From the NCBI RefSeq assembly GCF_001194135.2, contig NC_068983.1:139807622-139849921 (forward strand): 42,300 nucleotides of DNA, written 5' to 3'. The translations under genes were made by a program, and so were the position numbers. The stretch comes from Octopus bimaculoides (taxonomy: Eukaryota). Below, one piece after another: positions 36,265-42,300 of this stretch. Each line of letters opens with the position of its first letter. Within the stretch, counting starts at the first letter, position 1. The notes under the pieces are model-generated. The model was not told the DNA's origin, did not search any database, and worked only from the letters and a program-made list of their open reading frames with translations.

Positions 36265-37290
36265 TTATTTAAGTGATAAACTCCTCGAAATTTTGCAATT
36301 TTTTTCAAGTTCCCATGATGGCTTCGATGTGTTATCTTCGAATTAGTTTAAACCTTTCTGGTTTTGAGAAACCTAATTTCTCAAAATGGGTATTTAAGTA
36401 GTGTGTTACATATCCTAGTGCCTCGATATTGATCGGTATAATACTTGAACGTGTAATATGGGTAGATTAACTTCAGATTTCTCAATACTTTGCTGTAGGT
36501 GTTTTCTTTTTTCCTGATCTTTAGCCTTATGCTTACATCCTCTGGGTAGCTAATTTCTACTAATCTACAGAGTTTCTCTTCTCTGTCCCAAAATTCTGTC
36601 ACGTCTCTTATGATTGCATTTTATTGAGGTTTTCACTGGTACATTCCAATAGTATTCCTTAATAATGAGAGGCTATGGCTTCTACCATATTGTGGGATCT
36701 TATATCTTTGGCCTCAGGGTTATTCTTCCAACATGTCTCATTATGCAGTGCCTTAGCTACAACATCATATCTTATCGGTAGATAATACCGTGAACATATT
36801 ATTTGAAGACTGCTTATGATGTGGTTGATGTCTTCGGTGTAAACTCCAAAAACTATGTAACCATTAACACATTTTGGAGTTTTTTTTCTGGCGCATTGTG
36901 TCATTTGTGCGTCAGGTATGTGGGGATATTTCCTGATTCCGGATTTTAAACGCATACTCTTCAAAGTTGTAGTTAGCAAACAGACTTTTGGTCCATGATA
37001 GAGTGCTTTGATGACTAATGTTATTGTCCTCCAGGGGCTTTCAGCTAATATATCTATGCATGGTCTTATGCTGATACAGACACCTGCTTTCATCTGATGA
37101 TATGCTGCGGCAGAATCGAGTGACTTATTTGGGTCTGTATTTAAGCTTATCAGACAAGGAATGTTGCCCAAGAAGCCACTTTACAAGTCTCACGATGTTA
37201 TCTACCTCGTGTATGCAAACTTGGTCAAGGGATGCACATCTATACGTCGCAATTAAAAGATATTGCCGAAAGGATATGATATGATATTCA
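36265..37290 (-). mobile_element. R4/Dong-type non-LTR retrotransposon with restriction-like endonuclease, 3' remnant
   Basis: Minus strand across frameshifts: MHRYI, STLSWTKS...FEEYAFKIRNQEI, a decayed CCHC region (GVYTEDINHIISS...RYYLPIRYDVVAK), KEYYWNVPVKTSIKCNHKRRD, WDREEKLCRLVEISYPEDVSI..KIRKKENTY (PD...D/ExK RLE), and EKLGFSKPERFKLIRR...GT*KNCK. Confidence 0.9.
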
Positions 37291-37650
37291 AAGGCAGCCA
37301 GTGTATATATAGATTTGTATGTTCTGTTTTTTTTTCTAAAGATATTCTGAAGAAATAACCTTAACAGAATAATGTAAAAAGAACGTGGTATTGACTTATA
37401 AAAACATTTAATATACTCTGCAATACATTATTCTTTTATAACGAAATACCACGTACCTACAAATCATTAATATTCTGTGTTATGTATACATTATCACACA
37501 TATAGTTACTTGTCCTACCATGCGCATATATTCAAAGATGCATGTATATATGTATGTATATTGGAAAATTATACACATTTTGAGAACTCGATTGTTGTTT
37601 TGAATTTGTAATCTTCTGTTTGGCATTCTCCATTCAAATTTTCAGATATC

Positions 37651-37730
37651 GAAGGTACTGCGCCGTGTGACAGAACCTGGCACCGTGTGGATAGGAAACA
37701 GGCTTATTACCATACAGCTACGCCTGCACC
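37651..37730 (-). mobile_element. SINE family A, head fragment
   Basis: aaggtactgcgccgtgtgacagaacctggcaccgtgtggataggaaacaggcttattaccatacagctacgcctgcacc aligns to 23216-23283. Confidence 0.8.
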
Positions 37731-37742
37731 TATCTATCTATG

Positions 37743-37789
<47 letters not shown>

Positions 37790-37910
37790 TTATTTGTCTG
37801 TCTGTCTATCTGTCTGTCTGTCTGTCTGTCTGCCTGTCTGCCTGTCTGCCTGCCTGTCTGTCTCTGTGTGTGTCTGTCTGTGTGTCTGTCCGTCTGTCTA
37901 ACTATCTTTC
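37731..37910. repeat. (CTAT)n grading into (CTGT)n/(CTGC)n
   Basis: Directly visible. Confidence 0.95.
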
Positions 37911-38401
37911 TATCGTCGATTTAGCTATTTATCTGGATATCTATTTGTTTATTTTATAATACACACTCATATATACACACATGTACAAGCACATACATGA
38001 ATATGTGCATGTCAATAAGTCTCTATCTGTTTGTATGGGGATGTATGTCGACGTAAATAATATTTGAATTGCTCAAAATGAGTACATTAAATAAAAGACT
38101 GGTAATAAAATCAATAGATACTATAGTTCCATATCGAGGCTATGACGTCATATATGTGAAATCGATAATTCATTCTTCAGGCTTCTATAGTACTATTAGT
38201 AATACGTTTTTGCTACTAAGATTGGTTTCGTTACATTTGGAACAATTAACATTCTCATGAAAACAAATTCCGTTTTCCCAGGGCACGAAACTAGAGAACC
38301 AGTCAAGTACTAATGTCAATGTACTCGACTAACGACACCTTATCAAAATTGCTTTCATTGTTTCAAATTAGTATATCAGGTGTATATGTTCGGGCTTTTA
38401 A

Positions 38402-38514
38402 TTTCTTCTTCTTCTTCTTCTTCTTCTTCTTCTTCTTCTTCTTCTTCTTCTTCTTCTTCTTCTTCTCATTGTTGCTGTTGATGTTATCCTCCCCCACTCA
38501 TCACCATCATCATT

Positions 38515-38553
<39 letters not shown>

Positions 38554-38567
38554 GTCATCATCATCAA
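38402..38567. repeat. (TTC)n and (CAT)n microsatellites
   Basis: Directly visible; source of the poly-F/poly-H ORF. Confidence 0.95.
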
Positions 38568-38804
38568 TTCATGAAAACTCAGTTTAATTTGGTTGGGTAT
38601 AATGGAAGGTGTCACCTGGCCATAGCCATCAGATTAAGGTGGCACATGTGTACTGATCATGCATCAAGAATCCTGCAAAGAAATCAGACATCTTTTATTC
38701 CTTTTTTTGTTCACCACAAGAAAGTTTCCGTTGTCTAATCTAGCGGTCACACAGAATCATTGCATTCCACAATATTTTAAAATTTTCATTCTCAGTAACT
38801 CCCG

Positions 38805-38862
38805 GAAACTGCATCCGGAACAATGTGGTTGGGAGCAAGCTTCTTACTACGCAACAACACCT
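38805..38862 (-). mobile_element. SINE family A, head fragment
   Basis: ccggaacaatgtggttgggagcaagcttcttactac resembles the head region of the other family A copies. Confidence 0.65.
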
Positions 38863-39667
38863 AGTGTTCTAGTACGACTAGATTAACACAAAGTTACGTT
38901 AAAGACACAGACTAAGTGGTGCCCCCTTAGGAGACCTACATATACCCATATATATGCATGCATATGCATAAATAGATAGAAAGATTGATAGATACACTTG
39001 ATAGCTACACGCATGTTTGTACATTAGTGTTTTTTTTCCTCTATTATTATACCTAACAAAAGAAAATGTCAAATAAGGGTTACATCTATGTAGAGATCAA
39101 TTAAAGAAAATATAGCTTCCAAAATTTGTATAGCGTTACATTTTTTAATTGTAGGAATGTCTCCAGAGTTTATTAAGGAATGGCTCTAACCCCATAGCTA
39201 CATATCCAATTATACATGTGTTTACATCTCTGCTTCTAAGAACTACTCACAAAAATATAATGTATATTATCGTCTAGTTTTGTTCTAATTATACCTACCA
39301 CGCCAGTTACAACATAGCTTTGGAAATTTCTTCTTTCTCTTCGCTTCCTTCTCTTTCTCTAACTCCCTCTTCACTTTTTATTCATACTTCTTTTATATTT
39401 TCGTCTTGCCTCCTGCAACATCAACTATCTGCTGTTCTAATTCAACTATAGCAAGAATTAGACAAGTACAGTTTCAGGTTGCCTAATTTGCATATCGGTG
39501 ATTTGCCAGCTCGTCATTATCTAAGCAAAATATATTTGTGCACAAGCCAGCACAATGAAAATAACCGAAAGAAATTAAAATATTTTAAGCCCCACTGTGA
39601 GTTGAAAATCAGTATAAGCACGCACTCAACCTTCAATACTGATGTCCAAGAATAGATGCCGTTTTAC

Positions 39668-39701
39668 CTGAGTGACTGTCTCAAGGGGTTTGTTGATCAC
39701 T
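39668..39701 (-). other. Candidate 34-nt exon (minus strand)
   Basis: Minus-strand acceptor ccttttcccaacag and donor CAG|gtaaaa; one open frame, VINKPLETVTQ. Confidence 0.25.
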
Positions 39702-40085
39702 CTGTTGGGAAAAGGTACCTATATTCCTTCTCCAATCAACTGCCTCTATAGCAATCAAGGAATTAGTCTTGGGGATAACCAAATATGCATATTCATGCGT
39801 GTGTCGACTCGTCATTATTTCCACAATAAATATTTGTGCATAGCACAACATGAATAAAAACTGGAATTCATTCATATAATATAATATGATATAATATAAT
39901 ATCATACACTTCTCATGTGGATTGAATAAAAGGGTAAGGATATTTATGCTACACAACTGATGTGGGATGTATGTCTCTCTCTCTATATATAATTGTGTCT
40001 GTATTTCTGTTATTGTATGAACATACAGATATGTGTATATATATATGTATTTATATATATCTATATGTATATATATACATACATG

Positions 40086-40123
<38 letters not shown>

Positions 40124-41917
40124 TGTATACACACGTGTATGTGTTTGTGCGTGTGTGCATGAGTGAAGTGTGTATATGAATATATAGAAGTATTCCCGGA
40201 AAATGTGGGGAGAAATAGCAAAAGAGACAGAGAGTGTATATTTTTATGGGAGTGTGTATGCGTGTGAGTGGGTGTGAGAGTGTGTGTGTTTTTTGTGTGC
40301 ATGCGTGAGCGTGAGTGTGTTTAACTGTGTGCCTGAGCGTAGTAGTAAATTAGAATTATGCCTGAAATATTTCTGAATTATTCTTAGAAATTTAGTATTT
40401 CAGTGGCTATGTTAAGAATTATGTATAATATATAGTGTTAACAGCATTGATGTGGAATTTTTGCTTTTGTTACGCAAATGCAGTACTTTAGTTATGGACA
40501 TGATTTATTCCCTTCTATGCAATAGAGATGGAAAGTAAATATTCTCATCAATAAAGCTGCGGAACCGAGATCCGAGAACAAATGACATATTTCCTGTTTT
40601 GTCCACTGCAGAAGGAAATAGAATGAGTGATATCCAATATTGAAGAAAAGAACGCTGAATGAGAAATTGATCTAGGTGCAAACATGGCTAATGAAAAAAT
40701 CAATGCAAAAAAGATTGAGGACCACTAGACAACTATAAGATCGTATATGCGCGTGCGCTCACACAGACACATACACACACACACGCACGCACCCCCCCAC
40801 ACACAAACACACATATATATATGCACATATATGTATATATATATATANNNNNNNNNNNNNNNNNNNNNNNNNNNNNNNNNNNNNNNNNNNNNNNNNNNNN
40901 NNNNNNNNNNNNNNNNNNNNNNNNNNNNNNNNNNNNNNNNNNNNNNNNNNNNNNNNNNNNNNNNNNNNNNNNNNNNNNNNNNNNNNNNNNNNNNNNNNNN
41001 NNNNNNNNNNNNNNNNNNNNNNNNNNNNNNNNNNNNNNNNNNNNNNNNNNNNNNNNNNNNNNNNNNNNNNNNNNNNNNNNNNNNNNNNNNNNNNNNNNNN
41101 NNNNNNNNNNNNNNNNNNNNNNNNNNNNNNNNNNNNNNNNNNNNNNNNNNNNNNNNNNNNNNNNNNNNNNNNNNNNNNNNNNNNNNNNNNNNNNNNNNNN
41201 NNNNNNNNNNNNNNNNNNNNNNNNNNNNNNNNNNNNNNNNNNNNNNNNNNNNNNNNNNNNNNNNNNNNNNNNNNNNNNNNNNNNNNNNNNNNNNNNNNNN
41301 NNNNNNNNNNNNNNNNNNNNNNNNNNNNNNNNNNNNNNNNNNNNNNNNNNNNNNNNNNNNNNNNNNNNNNNNNNNNNNNNNNNNNNNNNNNNNNNNNNNN
41401 NNNNNNNNNNNNNNNNNNNNNNNNNNNNNNNNNNNNNNNNNNNNNNNNNNNNNNNNNNNNNNNNNNNNNNNNNNNNNNNNNNNNNNNNNNNNNNNNNNNN
41501 NNNNNNNNNNNNNNNNNNNNNNNNNNNNNNNNNNNNNNNNNNNNNNNNNNNNNNNNNNNNNNNNNNNNNNNNNNNNNNNNNNNNNNNNNNNNNNNNNNNN
41601 NNNNNNNNNNNNNNNNNNNNNNNNNNNNNNNNNNNNNNNNNNNNNNNNNNNNNNNNNNNNNNNNNNNNNNNNNNNNNNNNNNNNNNNNNNNNNNNNNNNN
41701 NNNNNNNNNNNNNNNNNNNNNNNNNNNNNNNNNNNNNNNNNNNTATATATACATCTGTATACACAAACACACACATATATATGCATATACTCACACGCAA
41801 ATGCATTTAATCTGGAGCATCGAAAGAGTACTGAAAAATATTGTTGAGATAAATAGTCCTTTTAGTTTTTACATTCGTTTGCTACACGAGTCGGTTGTGA
41901 GGTTGATGTGTTTACAG

Positions 41918-41978
41918 GGTCGTGAGGATAAACATTTCAATGCACTTAGGGAAATCCAGACTGACAAGGCACTGACCC
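41918..41978 (+). CDS. Candidate 61-nt coding exon
   Basis: Acceptor atgtgtttacag; GREDKHFNALREIQTDKALT, phase 0 to 1; weak donor c|gtacag. Confidence 0.25.
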
Positions 41979-42121
41979 GTACAGTATAATCTGGGTGCGT
42001 GCACACGTGTGCTTATATTTCGAAAGTCTCCAGTATGATAGAGATCTGGTTATTTGTTTTAGCCTCGGATATAGCCCTAAGGAATCATATGCAAATATTC
42101 ATCCCCTGGTATTCATTTCAG

Positions 42122-42230
42122 TCGCGAGCTACGAACTTTCAGATATCTACCTGCAGGATGTTATGTACCAACCATTCCGACTTTCAAATTCACGTACATA
42201 CGATGATGAGATAATACAGATAACTCGTGG
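42122..42230 (+). CDS. Candidate coding exon
   Basis: Acceptor gtattcatttcag; xASYELSDIYLQDVMYQPFRLSNSRTYDDEIIQIT(RG); donor after 42226 (gtgggt) or 42230 (gtgaca). Confidence 0.4.
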
Positions 42231-42300
42231 GTGACATGGGTTTCTACATGCAAACTTATATACATACATATATGTACACACACACACACACACACACACA

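Noticed and set aside
38313-38738. Poly-Phe/poly-His ORF
   Set aside because: Produced by (TTC)n and (CAT)n microsatellites.
3447-41847. All long ORFs in the track containing X runs
   Set aside because: They are open only because N-gaps and (TA)/(CA)/(CT) repeats contain no stops.

Overview
AT-rich, microsatellite-saturated eukaryotic DNA from a gapped draft assembly: 12 N-runs, about 5.5 kb, mostly flanked by (TA)n/(CA)n. The SINE and repeat repertoire resembles an octopus/cephalopod genome; that is inference from pattern recognition, not a database result. No intact long ORF exists, and the long ORFs in the track come from N-gaps and simple repeats. Well-supported content is decayed mobile DNA: an L1/Tx1-like 3' fragment; the 5' half of a CR1/L2-type LINE (Cys/His ORF1 plus APE endonuclease); two mariner remnants, one a fold-back built from two left ends; two distinct Penelope-like GIY-YIG fragments; an R4/Dong-type RLE LINE; a 304-bp fold-back element; a 744-bp-period partial tandem element; and two tRNA-SINE-like families. 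The most unusual part is 9.9-14.1 kb. There a Penelope endonuclease fragment, a fold-back element, a partial tandem and three hammerhead-ribozyme-like relics cluster together, suggesting Penelope-driven, ribozyme-bearing non-autonomous elements. This is a hypothesis and none of the three cores is intact. A hand-built, phase-compatible chain of small + strand exon candidates (22.3-42.2 kb) may be a host gene of unknown identity (low confidence). No rRNA, true tRNA or CRISPR was found.
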